Origin: Octopus vulgaris
Lineage: Eukaryota
Assembly: GCA_951406725.2 (NCBI GenBank)
Contig: OX597823.1
Location: 85,808,001 to 85,872,000, forward strand
Direction of reading: 5' to 3'
DNA length: 64,000 nucleotides
Of this stretch, positions 1 to 14,625 are shown piece after piece. The notes beneath the pieces are model-generated. The model was given only the letters and a program-made list of their open reading frames with translations. It had not been told where the DNA came from and did not search any database. The position numbers and the translations under genes are program-made. Every line of letters starts with the position of its first letter. The stretch's first letter is position 1.

Positions 1-791
1 GAACGATATTCTGGTTAAATTATTTGAGATGGTGGGCCGTCTAATAATTGCTGCAGAATTGAGCCTTAATATTTGACGACCATCGCCTAGATATTGAGTG
101 GGAAATATCTATTGGTTGTAGATCCGGTTGTTTAGGTCCAGATCATTTTTATGCAGTACACCTGTAGACAAAGACATTCAACCCATTTCACTCCCTTGCC
201 AGAAGGGGTATGTAGAAACACATTGCTTAATTTGTTCTTTATCCCAGACGGCATGATAGGGAAATGTTGTGTTCGTATTTCTGGGAAATCTACCAGCCTT
301 GTGGGGTATTCTTCTTGGTGACTGCTGTAGAAGCAATAGAGTTAGTGGTGATGGTAAATGCAGCTGTTGTTGTTCCTCTTACTATTGTGGTTGTGGTGAT
401 GTCTTATGTGAACAAATATTACTTGAATAATGAAGATTTTGTGCTTTGCAACATCCATTTTACTTCCATATAAAAAAGGAACATTTTCCTAGATATACGT
501 AGAGCATATCACAGAGTACGACTGTCAATGTGTTTCTATAGTGTTCGTTTTCCTTTTATATGTTAAATTAAAAGAAGCCCGGTTCTGTGTGTGTGTGCGC
601 TTGAAACGGCCGTAAGGTATTTACACCTGTACATCTTTGTTATTTATTAACATTCTCTCTTTATATAATATGTATATGTGTGTATATATACGTATGTATG
701 TGTGTTTATATGCGTATGCATATGTGTAATATATATGTATATATGTATACATATATATGAATACATATATATGTGTATATATATAAAGGTG

Positions 792-822
<31 letters not shown>

Positions 823-865
823 GCGTGTGTGAGTGCATGTGTGGAGGGGGCTCTCTATCTGTCTG

Positions 866-1145
866 TCGGTTACGACGACGTTTATTCCAGTTGATCTGAG
901 CAACGGAACAGCGTGCTCGTAAAATTAGCATGCAAGTGGCTGAGTATCTCACTGATAGACGCACTCTTAACGTAGTTATCAAGGAGATTCAGCGTGCCAC
1001 AGATTGTAACAGGGATGGCCCCATTCAAATACAAGGACAGCTCATTTTTGCCACTTGAGTGGACCGGAGCAACTTGAAATAAACTGTCTTGCCGCAGGAC
1101 ACAAGGCGCTGTCAGGAATCGAACTCACAACATTACGATCGTAAG
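866..1145 (-). mobile_element. Degenerate tRNA-derived SINE (family C, tail ...cgtcgtaaccgac)
   Basis: Similar to 34191-34566 and 55077-55455; B-box complement ggaatcgaact near 1115. Confidence 0.75.
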
Positions 1146-1249
1146 CCGAATGCCCTAACCTTTAAACCTTCACGAATATATATGTAAATGTGTGTGTGTG
1201 AGTGTATGTGTGTGCGCGTGCGTATGTATGTATATGTGTGAATATATAG

Positions 1250-1352
<103 letters not shown>

Positions 1353-1807
1353 GTAAAAATAAGACATACTTATCTACATGGCCGAAACAACTGTAAGATG
1401 TAATCTATACTTATATTTATATTCTCTTTTTTATATGTATTATTATACAACATTACTCTTTTGCGTACACTTTTTTATGTACATTCCTTTATGTACACTG
1501 ATTTGTTCTGCTTTTTTATGTTTAACCATACAGTCTCTTAAGTGGTGGTTTAATAAAGTATGTGATTGGGTATTATCTGGTAATTGATATTTGATTTAGA
1601 TGTATTTCTCCATTTTCTTATCTTGTATTAGTAATTTGTGGTAAATCATTTTACCTTTGCCCATATAATACAGTAAATGAATTGATTGCATCGCAATCCT
1701 TAACATTCATGTATTAACTTTGATGGGTACCTCCCTAACAGTATATTGGATATATGTTATCCCATGGAGGGTTGCATTTACAACCCCTATCTCAATTTGT
1801 ATATATG

Positions 1808-1861
<54 letters not shown>

Positions 1862-1937
1862 TATATATATGTATATATATAGATATATATATATGTGTAT
1901 GTGTTTGTGTGTATATATATGTATATATGTATGTGTA

Positions 1938-1989
<52 letters not shown>

Positions 1990-1991
<2 letters not shown>

Positions 1992-2399
1992 CGCAGGAGT
2001 GGTTGTGTGTTAAGTAGCTTGTTAACCAACCACATGGTTCCGGGTTCAGTCCCACTGCGTGGCATCTTGGGCAAGTGTCTTCTGCTATAGCCCCGGGCCG
2101 ACCAATGCCTTGTGAGTGGATTTGGTAGCCGGAAACTGAAAGAAGCCTGTAGTATATATGTATATATATATGTATGTGTGTGTGTGTATGTTTGTGTTCG
2201 TCCCCCTAGCATTGCTTGACAACCGATGCTGGTGTGTTTACGTCCCCGTCACTTAGCGGTTCGGCAAAAGAGCCTGATAGAATAAGTACTGGGCTTACAA
2301 AGAATAAGTCCCGGGGTCGATTTGCTCGACTAAAGGCGGTGCTCTAGCATGGCCGCAGTCAAATGACTGAAACAAGTAAAGGAGTAAAGAGTAAAGAGA
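1990..2399 (+). mobile_element. Full-length tRNA-derived SINE (family A; internal microsatellite; LINE-like 3' stem-loop tail)
   Basis: Head ggcgcaggagtggttgtgtg...gggttcagtccc; tail ggcggtgctctagcatggccgcagtcaaatgactgaaac; many copies in the window. Confidence 0.85.
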
Positions 2400-2624
2400 G
2401 ATACATACACACAGAGAAAAAGAGAGAGACAGAGACAGTCTCGTAGAAAGGGTTTTTTATGCATTACTGAATATTTTAAAATAATTTCCAATTCTTATTA
2501 TATATAATTTTTGTACAGCTTAAAATATATTTCATTGCATAATTTTATGCTGATTTTAACATATTCCTTAATCCGAATTGTATTTTACACGCACGCACAC
2601 ATGCGCCACGCACAATGATCAATG

Positions 2625-2723
<99 letters not shown>

Positions 2724-3178
2724 TGATTGAATTTAGATATATATACATGAATACATATATCTATATTTGTAGGCATTTTAATATACATTTGATGTGTGTG
2801 TATATGTGTGTGTTTATGCACATATATTTGCATACGTGTATCTGTCTATGTGTATACTTTTATAAAAGTGTGTATGTTTGTGTGTATGTAAGCATGCATG
2901 TATGCATGTATACATATATATTTTTATGGTTGCCTTGATCTATAAATATGTGTGCGTGTTTAAACATTTATATATAAATAGAAACACATGTGAGCCTGCG
3001 CGTATATACACTCACACACATCTATCTATCTATCTATCTGTCTGTCTGTCTGTCTATCTAAATAACTAGTTATGTGTGTGTGTTTTATGATATATATATA
3101 TATATATGTCTATGTGTGTATGTGTGTGTATCTGCATATATAGTATATATACCTATATATTAATATGTATCATGCATA

Positions 3179-3228
<50 letters not shown>

Positions 3229-3289
3229 GTTATATATATACATATATATATATTTATGTATATGCATGATACATATTAATATATATGTA

Positions 3290-3352
<63 letters not shown>

Positions 3353-3442
3353 CAGATACACACACATACACACATAGACATATATACTACACGTGTGAAT
3401 TTATATGTATAGATGCATACATATATACACATATATATGCAT

Positions 3443-3475
<33 letters not shown>

Positions 3476-4996
3476 ATACATATATATATATATATATACA
3501 TATATATATACGTATATAAGTACATTTGTATGTGTGCGTGTGTGCGTGTTTATATATTTATACAGAGAGAGGGGAGAGGGAATAGGGGGGAGAGAGAGTT
3601 TATCTCGTGTGTTACATAATTCAATAATATACACCCTAAGTTATGTGGCATTTCAGTGTTAACTATAGAAACCATTTACAACGGTATTAATGGTATTAAT
3701 CTATCACTAAAAATGAACTTTTCTAAAGGGCAATCGCATTTCTTTATCATACGGAACACTGTGTTTTCACAACGACAAAGCTGTAGGCAGGTATCGAAAT
3801 TCGGCAAAATTTCTTTCTTTTTTATATATATATATCTTCACAAATTTGTTGTAAGCTAAGTTATATACACTCACATACATTGATACACCTTTGCGCACAA
3901 AAAAAAAAAAGAGTAATAATATATATGATTGAAAAATATATGACAAAAAGGACAAAGAATAAGGAATTTGTACCGTTTCAGATTTAGAGCCACAAACAAA
4001 ATGTATGTTCTATGAATGACGGAATGCCTGATTGAATGAATAAATGAAATAAAATGAAAGCAACATACGTATAAATGTCATAAAAAATAGCAAAAACATT
4101 CTACCTCAAGTTTACCCGAAAGTGTGTTCAGCTTCCAACTTTTGAAAGCCTTCAAAATCCCCTGTTCAGAAAATGGACGAAAACGCGATACATTTCATCA
4201 AAGCGTATGTATAATTGCCGAGTACGTATGCTTATATAACACGAAGAAAGGACACAGAATATATATTATTTTCTCTTCACTAATCTTACATCTGTTTATT
4301 AAAAGAAAATATAAATGCCTATGTACATATACTTATACGTATACACAAAAAAAATATCTCTTATAGAGGCATATATATAAATAAAGTAACATATATAAAG
4401 AATTATTTGAAATGCTTAAATATGAACGCATGTATTATACATATTTAGTGCAGATGTTTTATGAACAAGAAAGAAATAAAAATTGCATCAATTCTTCGTA
4501 CTTTCATTCCTTTTACATTTCAAGTGTAATAAAACGTAACTTAATACATTTTTTATATATATATAAATACTTATGTAAATAAAATACATACTTACACGAG
4601 CTAGCGTATTTAAATTACTTTTAAAATTACGCATGGTTCTTGGACGCGATTGCATACATAACAATTTACAAATATAATATATAGTTATTCGTGCATAATA
4701 CAGTGTATATGCGCATGTGTCTGTGTCTGTATGTGCGTGTGTGTGTGTGATTATGTGTATTTATATATGCATATGTACATATACCTAAAGAGACATAAAT
4801 GCTTATATATGTATGAGCATATAGGCATTGGTATGTATATATAGAAATATGCGTGTATGTGTGTGTGTATGTCCGTGTTTGTGTGAATTTGTGTGTATAT
4901 ATATATATAAACACGTGGCCAGAGTAATACGCAGTGAGTCTGAACCCAGAATCATTTGTTTGGGAAGCTATCTTCTTACCACACAGCTACGCCTGC

Positions 4997-5413
4997 TCTC
5001 TTTACTCTCTCTTTTATTTGTTTCAGTCATTTGACTGCGGCCATGCTGGAGCACTGCCCTCTAATCGAGCAACTCGACCCCGGGATTTATTCTTTTGTAA
5101 GCCCAGTACTTATTCTATCGGTCTCTTTTGCCGAACCACTAAGTAACGGGGACGTAAACACACCAGCATCGGTTGTCAAGCAATGCTAGGGGGAGACACA
5201 CAGACACACAAACATACACGCACACACATATATATATATATACATATATACGACGGGCTTCTTTCAGTTTCCGTCTACCAAATCCACTCACAAGGCATTG
5301 GTCGGCCCGGGGCTATAGAAGAAGACACTAGCCCAAGGTGCCACGCAGTGGGACTGAACCCGGAACCATGTGGTTGGTTAGCAAGCTACTTACCACACAG
5401 CCACTCCTGCGCC
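4997..5413 (-). mobile_element. SINE family A, full length
   Basis: Reverse complement of 1990-2399. Confidence 0.85.
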
Positions 5414-5454
5414 TAAAAGTCACTCCTTCGCCTATTATATATATGTTTTCATAC

Positions 5455-5865
5455 TTATTTCTTTATTTCCCACAGGGGGCTAAATATAGAGGGGACAAAC
5501 AAGGACAGACAAAGGGGTCAAGTTGATTACATCGACTTCAGTGCGTAACTGGTACTTATTTAATCGACTCCGAAAGGACGAAAGGTAAAGTCGACCTCGG
5601 TGGAATTTGAACACAGAACGAAATTCCGGCAGACGAAATACCTATATCTTTACTACCCACAAGGGGCTAAACACAGAGAGGACAAATAAGGACAGACAAA
5701 CGGATTAAGTCGATAATATCGACTCCAATGCGTAACTGGTACTTATTTAATCGACCCAGAAAGGATTGTAGGCAAAGTCAACATCGGCGGAATTTGAACT
5801 CAGAATGTAACAGCAGACGAAATACCGCTAAGCATTTCGCCCGGCGTGCTAACCAGCTCGCCGCC
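5455..5865 (-). mobile_element. Two tandem SINE family B copies
   Basis: Both are reverse-complement matches to 58889-59118 (gaatttgaac B-box complement, ggtcgac-containing body, cccacaaggggctaaa tail). Confidence 0.8.
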
Positions 5866-7172
5866 CTGCATTTTTTCATATTTTCCAAACTAGCAAGTTC
5901 TTCTTTTCAGATATTTGCGTGTCTCCTGAAGTAAATTTTTTTTACCAATGACTCAAATAGGACCAGAACTTACCTAATGGGATCATATTGGACGCTGTTG
6001 CATAAACACTTGTATATTCTTTATTCACTCATAATATATATTCTAAAACTTCTTTTAAGCAATTGTGTTTGCGTTACGAATATGTATTGTAAATATGTAT
6101 TTAAATATTTTACTTCTGATAAACAAAAGTACTGAAACGGCAAATATCAACGGAGCATCTCACTTAGTGCAATTTTGACACTTGCCGCTTTCTTGTGAGC
6201 TGTCAATGCCAATAAGGGTATATAATACTAAAGTCAGGGTAAGAAACTGTTCGAACTGAATTGAGGCAATGAAGAATAATAGCATAAGAATAACATTACC
6301 CACCCAGAAATACAACAAAATACTTGCAATAAATCTGAACTCAAAAACCGTGAGCCTGCACAATACCTATTTACTCAACCGTTTCAAATTCAAGTTTGTT
6401 CCGGTACAAAGTTCTTTCAGATTTTGTATTTTTTGTCTCACGTCTCCACTTTTGTTCATTTTAATTGTTTGGCTTCTTTTGTCATGTGAGCCTTTAGTAA
6501 AATATTATTATCATTTTCTTCTGTTTGGGTGCCGACTCTTTTGAATTGATGGTGGTTTCCTTTTCCTATACAAAGCAGTGGGACTCGGTGTGTTCTCATG
6601 TTAAAAATCACTTTTTATTCTTCGTAAATTTAGGTTAAAATGGGAGCGGGGTTACGTTTTTCTTTTTTATAGATATTATACTGTTTTAAAGCAAAACAAC
6701 ATATTACTCACAAAGAATATGATTTATAATTGGTACCTATCCCAATACAATTTTCAACCCCTTTAGTCTCATCGGTAAAAAACTGTTACTATATATGACC
6801 ATTAATTAGCACTAACAAGCCTTTAAATAATTTATGTGTCCCTTCGCATCTTTGTGTAATTTGCTAAAGAAACAAATAAAGAATTATGAACTTATCGGTC
6901 TTAGCAAATGTTGCAACAGAACTGAATTTACGGGCTTTCGGTTGATTATATTGATCCAATATTTTGTTATTTTATTATTGATCTAATTAGATTGAAAACA
7001 TAAAATCGACATTGGCTTTAAGCAGCTTCAGAAGGATATAAAAAAAATTACCACGGGTTATTTTACCATCCTACTCATAAAAATGTACATGTACACAAAT
7101 AGAGATATACATATACAACTATGTACACACACAAACGCAAGCTCACACATATGTATGTAGTATATATGTATG

Positions 7173-7216
<44 letters not shown>

Positions 7217-7522
7217 ATACTAAAAGTCCCAAAACTTGGCATCAATAACTAACCGTTATCTAAACCTAATTATATTACCTTTGCAGAAAATCCAACAATA
7301 CCAATGCAAGTGTTTCCACAAGCTTTGAATCGACAAACACTTTCCACTTTACAAGAATGTAGGAAAACTCAGAACGATGAGACTATATCAGAGATTCACA
7401 ATCGACCGTAACATATGTCCATTCCCATTATCATTTGCCTATACGGATATCACTATGATATATCATGGAAAAGAAAACCAGTAAAATATGGTGAATTTAG
7501 ATTAATTTGTGTCTCGAGTTAA

Positions 7523-7569
7523 GCTGTGCCGACGATTCCAAAGAAGGATGAAATAGCTCTATACACGAC
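7523..7569 (+). ncRNA. Degenerate type I hammerhead-like motif
   Basis: gctgtg-CCGACGA-ttcc..ggat-GAAA-tagctcta-TA-cacgac; U4C core change and imperfect stems. Confidence 0.4.
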
Positions 7570-8067
7570 TACTAATGACTAAAATTTTTAAGAACATTTC
7601 TTTGAAGACTTATATTTTGTGTAAGACAAAAATCAAATTTTAAATATTAAATTAAAACTTAAATAACCTAGTTCTCTAACTCAACTTAGTTTAAGCCAGA
7701 AGAGATTATCTCCCCTTTAATGGTAAATCACCGCCAAAAGCAAGCCCCGTGCATGTGTGTGTGTATATATTTGTGTGTTGTGTATGTAGATATATGTGTA
7801 TATCAATCAATAACATAGAGATTAAGATATTGTCCACACATAGAACAGATGCAACAATTAGACAAATTACAGAAGCTACACATATAGAAAATAAACCTAG
7901 CCTGAATAGAAAACTAGAATGGAGCAATAGCGCACACCACAACATATGACAATAGTGGATCCTGCAAACATAATAAATACACAGGTAATTAAAGAAATAG
8001 AAATGAATATCTATATATATGTATATGTGTATATATATGTATATGTATATGTGTATATATGTGTGTA

Positions 8068-8104
<37 letters not shown>

Positions 8105-8634
8105 GTATATGTATGTATATATATATATATGTATATATATTTTTTTTTCTTTTTTTTTTTTTCGATTAGATTTATTATTATTATTACTAATATTGTTGTT
8201 ATACATACATACAAGCATATGTAATGATAATAATGGGTGGATGTAAACACATGAACAAAATTAGAACAAAAGCAACAACAACAAAAACAAAATACAAATT
8301 ACAAGAATGTATATAACCAGAAGATACAAATATTACAGGCATCCCCCCCACACACACACTAAATAAACATAGACGCACATAGAGATATAAGCATGCGCAA
8401 ATGAAGACATACAATAGAAATACAAAATGGCTGACGGTTAGTAAGGAGAGACACAAGTAAGTGAGAAGAAAACAAAGGACCACTGATGCGGTCACAGGAG
8501 TGTGACGAAAGAACTTTGGCCGAAATAAGATTAAGATTAATGTAAAAAGTAAATATCACTGAAGCAAAATAACACCAAATATATAGTGCGTGTGTTTTTA
8601 TTGGCTAAACTGGCAATATGACCATTCCGAAATA

Positions 8635-8687
<53 letters not shown>

Positions 8688-8697
8688 TATATATACA

Positions 8698-8736
<39 letters not shown>

Positions 8737-9194
8737 GCATATATATATATGGATGGATGTCCAAGTGCGCTTTATTGTCCAAATGACCATTATTCTTCAG
8801 AATGCGGACATCAAATTTATCTTCTGAATTTTATTGAGGATTTTTTTCTTGTGTCATTGATAGATGTGAAAACTCTACAACTTACCATTGATATTAACAT
8901 CAAATGTTCAATGTAATTGAAGAACAGTGATAATAGACCTTTGATCTGTAAAGGCAATAACCCGAAAGTATACAAAAAAATTGTTGTGTATGATATTCAG
9001 AAAGATATCAGATTATAGCAAAAACACACTTGTCTCAAATACGATGCAGTGGAATCGTTTCAGAGGTTTTATGATTGCATCTACAATTTATACATTCGGA
9101 AAAAATCATGCTGTGAAATTTCGTCAGCGAGGAAATCTCTACATAAATATACTATGTTAAAAATACTATTTATAGTCCTTTCTCAGAGGACTGT

Positions 9195-10095
9195 CTGTCC
9201 CTCAGGGGACTGCCTTGGGCCGGTTTCGCTTTATAGTTTATATAAACGACCTTTCCAGCGTCATAAAACACAGCAAAGTAAAAATATTCGCTGATGACTC
9301 TAAGCTCCAGAAAATTATTGATGAAGAAGACCGAACTGAACTCCAGTCTGATCTGCATGCTGTGTGTCAGTGGGCAGACAAAAACAAAATGCAACTAAAA
9401 GAGGGAAAATTTGAGCTGATGCATTTTAGAAGAAAGACTATGCTAAAACAGCCGTATCTCTTCCTTCGGGGGAACCACTCACAGCATCTAATATCAAAGA
9501 CCTAGGAGTAATTGTTGATAACAATCTCAGCTGGTGTGCCCACATCAACAATACGGTCAATATAACTCATAGGATGAGCTCCTGTGTCCTAAGAACCTCC
9601 CGTCCCAAAGAACAAGGTGTTGTCATTTCACTTTTCTCCTCTTTTGTACGACCATGCCTCGGATACTACTGCCCCATGTGGTCTCCCCATACAAAAGAAA
9701 ACATTTCGGAAATTGAATCAACTTAAGTCACTCCCTAAAAGAATTAAGAGCATGGCTGATTTCGATTATTGGGATCACTTTAAAGCATTGAAATACTATT
9801 CTCTCTAGCGCCGCCGTGGGCGATATATCATTTGTACGGTGTGGAGAATATACCACCAGCATTGTCCAAACGACCTCCACATTAGCTTTAAAATTCATCC
9901 AAGATTAAGACTACGACCCACTTATCCCCTACCCAGTTCAGGATCACAACTTTTAAATACACTGCAAACAATTTCTTTTCCTCAACACGACCTGCCCTAT
10001 TTAACATTTTCTCGAAGCAGATCAAAAAGGAAAAGGATCTCATTGCCTTGAAATGGAATCTGGACAAATTTCTTCAAGGAATACCAGATAAGCCA
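9195..10095 (+). pseudogene. Decayed LINE (CR1/L2-like) reverse transcriptase ORF2 fragment
   Basis: VPQG..LGP..IVYINDL..KIFADDSKL motifs, then KDLGVIVDNNLSW and YYCPMWSP; frameshifts and stops. Confidence 0.85.
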
Positions 10096-10934
10096 CATAC
10101 ATGTGTGCATGTGAGTATGTAGGTTTATATAAGGAGTTAATATGGAATTAGTAATCCTAGAAAAATACTTCTTCAGCACTCAGCAGGTTGAAGTACTAAC
10201 AAAGAGGCCTTGTGATCAGTATTGTATTCCAGGAAATCGGAAGTTAAAGGCCGAGAACAAAATCCATCACCAGCGAAATTTATAAATTCATGGTTGCATT
10301 ACTCAGTTACGACGGTATATTTTTACAGAATGATACGTAAAAAATATAGAAGTAATGGATTATACACATTGATTTATTGATTATAGGCTTACAACTGTTT
10401 CAGATATGTGTTTGGGTGTTTTCAAGGTTCAGTTTTATGAATCGAACTGAAAATATAAAGTATCACCAGCACAATGCTATCTTCAGCAGAACTGAAACCA
10501 AACTGCGAAAGAAAAGAAGAAAAAGAAAGAGGATGGGATTTGTTCAGTATCGCCTGTTTCTAGCCGTCGACCATGTAGTTGGTTCTCTCTTACAATTGGA
10601 GAATAGATTTGACAACCAATAAAGAAAGTTGATAATAAACCCTTCAACCTCATTAGGGGACAGTGGCAGGTGTTTGGCATTTACTATTATATTTTTGAAG
10701 CCATGTGAAGGGAGATGTATTTGCAAATATAGAAACTTAAAAGCAGCTATGGTATTACTGACTATTTTTAACCTGAACAATCAAAATCAATTTCATTAAT
10801 TACCAGGAATTCGTATAATTCCAAGACTTAACGGAAATAGTTTTGAACATATATGAACTTATAGTAATTAATTAATTAGTGGTATATATATATATATATA
10901 TATATATATAGGTATGTATATATATATATATATA

Positions 10935-12135
10935 CTAGCTGAAGGTGACCCGCTCTACGCGCGGGTAAGAGTGTGGGTGTTACTTTCTGTTGCTTCCTTT
11001 CAGCACGTAAAAAGCACCATCCGAACGTGGCCGATTGCAGCACCGCCTTGACTTGCTTCTGTGCTGGTGGCACGTAAAAAGCACCAACCGATCGTTGCCA
11101 CTGCGAGCCCCCCTGGCACCAGTGCCGTCGGCACGAAAAAAGCACTCACTACACTCACAGTGTGGTTGGCGTTAGGAAGGTCATCCACCTGTAGAAACAC
11201 TACCAGATCAGACTGGAGCCTGGTGCAGCCTCCTGGCTTCCGAGACCCGGTCACACTGCCCAACCCGTGCTAGCACGGAAAACGGACGTTAAACGATGAT
11301 GATGATGATGATTCTCCGTATTTGTTTCTCTCTCCTTTCTCTCTTACTTTCCCACTCTCTTACTTTTCTTTTCTCTCTGACTCTCCCTCGCTTTCTCTTA
11401 CTCCCTATCTTTATCTATCTCTCTCCCATTTATAAACAACAGAAGATCTTGAGTAAGTTGAGAAATAAAATATTTAGAAAGATCAATCAGAAATGTGAGG
11501 CAGTGGCAATGGAAAGGTCTGCTTCAAGGCAGACAGCAAAATGCTAACATTCAAAAGGGACAGACGAACTTGCGAGCTGAATAAAAATAATAAAATATTG
11601 GAAACCAAAGTTTGAAGGGATAGAATCTGAGGATAGTAGAGTCACCATGGCTGGCATTTGTTAACGACGGACAGCAACGTAGTGACAGTTTAACGGCTGG
11701 CGTAAAATTTTGAACTTGATGTAAAAGAAAATTCGTAAACACCAAGTTTTGAAGTGATTCTTTCTCACGACAGTAGACTCACCATGGCAAGCATTCAAAA
11801 CTTCTTTATCATGGATGGCAACACATTGACGATTAAAAGGCTGGCGCAAATTTTTTAGCTTGATGCAACAGAGAATTCCTAAACACCCGCTCTTTGAAAT
11901 TTTAATCCCCTTCCAGCCCCATTTAGACCCCTTTTCACATTTTGGTTAATATAACCCGATTTCATTCGGGTGTACTGGGGCCACATTTTATAAGATGAGG
12001 AATTTTGTCCTAGAGGTGACGCCTTTCATTTGAGGAACAAAATAGTTGTGATGCAAACTTGTCAGCACCTTTAACGTAGGTGTGCATATTTTCAGGTGAA
12101 TCGACAGACTACGTAATGCACACATTATATATATA
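10935..12135 (-). mobile_element. Probable non-autonomous Helitron containing a nested SINE
   Basis: CTAG at 10935-10938 next to hairpin cccgc..gcggg; the far boundary is inferred. Confidence 0.5.
10995..11311 (+). mobile_element. Short retroposon (family D) with tandem ggcacgtaaaaagcacc motifs and (GAT)n tail
   Basis: Matches 18978-19372; ends cggacgttaaacgatgatgatg. Confidence 0.75.
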
Positions 12136-12145
12136 TATATGTGTG

Positions 12146-12204
<59 letters not shown>

Positions 12205-12346
12205 ACGCATTATATATACAAATGTATACAAATGAGATATATATCTGTATAAATTAAATTAGAGATAAAACCACTAATAGGCAAATCAAACAGTGAAAAA
12301 CCAAAAACAAAAACATAAAAAAAGAAAATATAACATAGAAAATATA

Positions 12347-13364
12347 TCTATATATATAAAACTGTAGTTGTGTGAGTGTCTGTCCCCTTCGATTTAGATT
12401 CCTAACTACTCCCAAATTTTGCGGTGCAGTTTAACCACATTCGGGTATCTTATAGTCGTGATTCATATCGAGCCCGTCTGGGTATTAGCGCGCGTGTACG
12501 ATGAGTGTACGATTTTAAAAATAATTTAACATCATTTTTTATTCCATTTTAATGCATATTTTTTCGTGTGTCGATGGCGGCGGAGTTGGCGTCCACGCTC
12601 ACGCCTGCACCTGTGTTGCTTCTCCCCATTCTTCCCTCCCTCGTGAAGCTGTGGGGAAGGGAGTGTAAGGAAATCAACGTCGTAATGCGTTGTGAAGGAG
12701 ACCAGCGTTATTTTAGAACAACGACTTCATGGCTTGAAGTCGCCAAAACAGAAATCGCTAAAAAAGCTGAAACAGATCCACAAAAACGGCAAAAACCGCC
12801 ACACAGGGCAGGTTTCCTGTGCAAACAATTTGCACAACCGAATGTTTTAGTTGTTGCACAATTCTTTATATATAAAAGTAAGGTTGTGTGTCTGTCTGCT
12901 ACGATTTAGATTCCTAACTACTCCCACATTTTGCGGTGCAGTGTAACCAAAACCGGGTATCTTATAGTCGTGATTCATATCGATCCCTTCTGGGTATTAG
13001 CGCGCGACTACGATGAGTCTACGATTTTAAAAAAAATTTACCATCATTTTTTATTCCATTTTAATGCATTTTTCGCTATTATATAAGGGAAGTAACTCTC
13101 TAAAAATGTCTACGATGAGTCAACGATTAAAAAAAAAATTACCATCATTTTTTTATTCTATTTTAATGCATTTTTCGCTATTATATAAGGGAAGTAACTC
13201 TCTAAAAATGTCTACGATGAGTCAACGATTTAAAAAAGAAATTACTATCATTTTTTATTCCATCTTTAATGCATTTTTTGCTATTTTTTTTGCTATAACT
13301 CACTAAAAATGCTTATATAGTTATTTCCCTTACAAACCCGAGCAACGCCGGGCGATACTGCTAG
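12347..13364 (+). mobile_element. Non-autonomous Helitron with two 5' ends
   Basis: A|TC start at 12347; second TC start at 12863; 3' hairpin cccgagcaacgccggg then CTAG|T at 13361-13365; homologous to 40312-40710. Confidence 0.85.
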
Positions 13365-13512
13365 TAAAATATAAAATTGAAAACTTTAAATTATTTAAAT
13401 TGAAAATAAAAATTATGAAATTATATTTATAATTTGTTTAAAAATATATATAACTATGAAAAAGTATGAAAAAGTTTAATATACATAAATACAGATATAT
13501 ACACTTTGTATG

Positions 13513-13951
13513 TATACATTATATATACATATTTATATATAGAACACACACACACACATACATTATATATACATATTTATATATAGAACACACACACACA
13601 CACACACATACATTATATATACATATTTATATATAGAACACACACACACACATACATTATATATACATATTTATATATAGAACACACACACACACATACA
13701 TTATATATACATATTTATATATAGAACACACACACACACATACATTATATATACATATTTATATATAGAACACACACACACACACACACATACATTATAT
13801 ATACATATTTATATATAGAACACACACACACACATACATTATATATACATATTTATATATAGAACACACACACACACATACATTATATATACATATTTAT
13901 ATATAGAACACACACACACACATACATTATATATACATATATATATATAGA

Positions 13952-13980
<29 letters not shown>
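13513..13980. repeat. Minisatellite, about 10 copies of a 44-50 bp unit catacattatatatacatatttatatatagaa(ca)n
   Basis: Directly visible; units differ mainly in (CA)n length. Confidence 0.9.
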
Positions 13981-13982
<2 letters not shown>

Positions 13983-14514
13983 AATGAACGCAAGAATATC
14001 TGATTCATAATATTTGTTCTCATGCTCGTGTGTTGATTGTTGGTGGCAGACATATACTTAAAAGAACGTCGCCGAAGTGATAGGAAGGTAGGAAACAGAG
14101 TCAGTGAAAAAGAAAGGAAATAGCGATAGTGACAGATACTTTAAATAACCGTAGTGGACTTCTGAAAGTTATGAAGAGGAGTAAGAGAGGGAAAGGAGGA
14201 AATAGGGTGAGTGAGGAAGATGGCCCCTAGCAACCACACCTTTTAAGATAGGGATTTCTAAAGTAGCCCACGCGCATCGTCACCTAATTCTACATGTCCC
14301 TGTAAATTTTGGAGCGAATCGGACGGGATGTAGTGACATTGAAAGCGATCCAAGCGGTAAAAACGCATTTCAGTTTTATATATAGATATATATATATATA
14401 TATATATATGTTAATAAAATATATATATATAGAGAGAGAGAGAGAGAGGGAGAGAGAGAGAGATAATGAATAAATAGAGTAAAATGTAAGATGGAGTACA
14501 TTTGTTTAATGACC

Positions 14515-14625
14515 ATTACACATGTTTCAATACAACATAGATTCAACATGTATACAGGATTTAAATTTGAATTCAGTAACGGTTTGCCTGTATAATAGGA
14601 TCTAGTTGTACCTCCTCGGGTGCTA
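14515..14625 (-). ncRNA. Degenerate hammerhead-like motif with very long stem II
   Basis: Minus strand CCGAGGA, then ggtacaac/gttgtatt, tagat/atcta and tatacagg/cctgtata pairings, then GAAA-catg-T; cleavage site and stem I imperfect. Confidence 0.4.

Noticed and set aside
13513-13980. CRISPR-like repeat-spacer array
   Set aside because: The spacers are only (CA)n of varying length.
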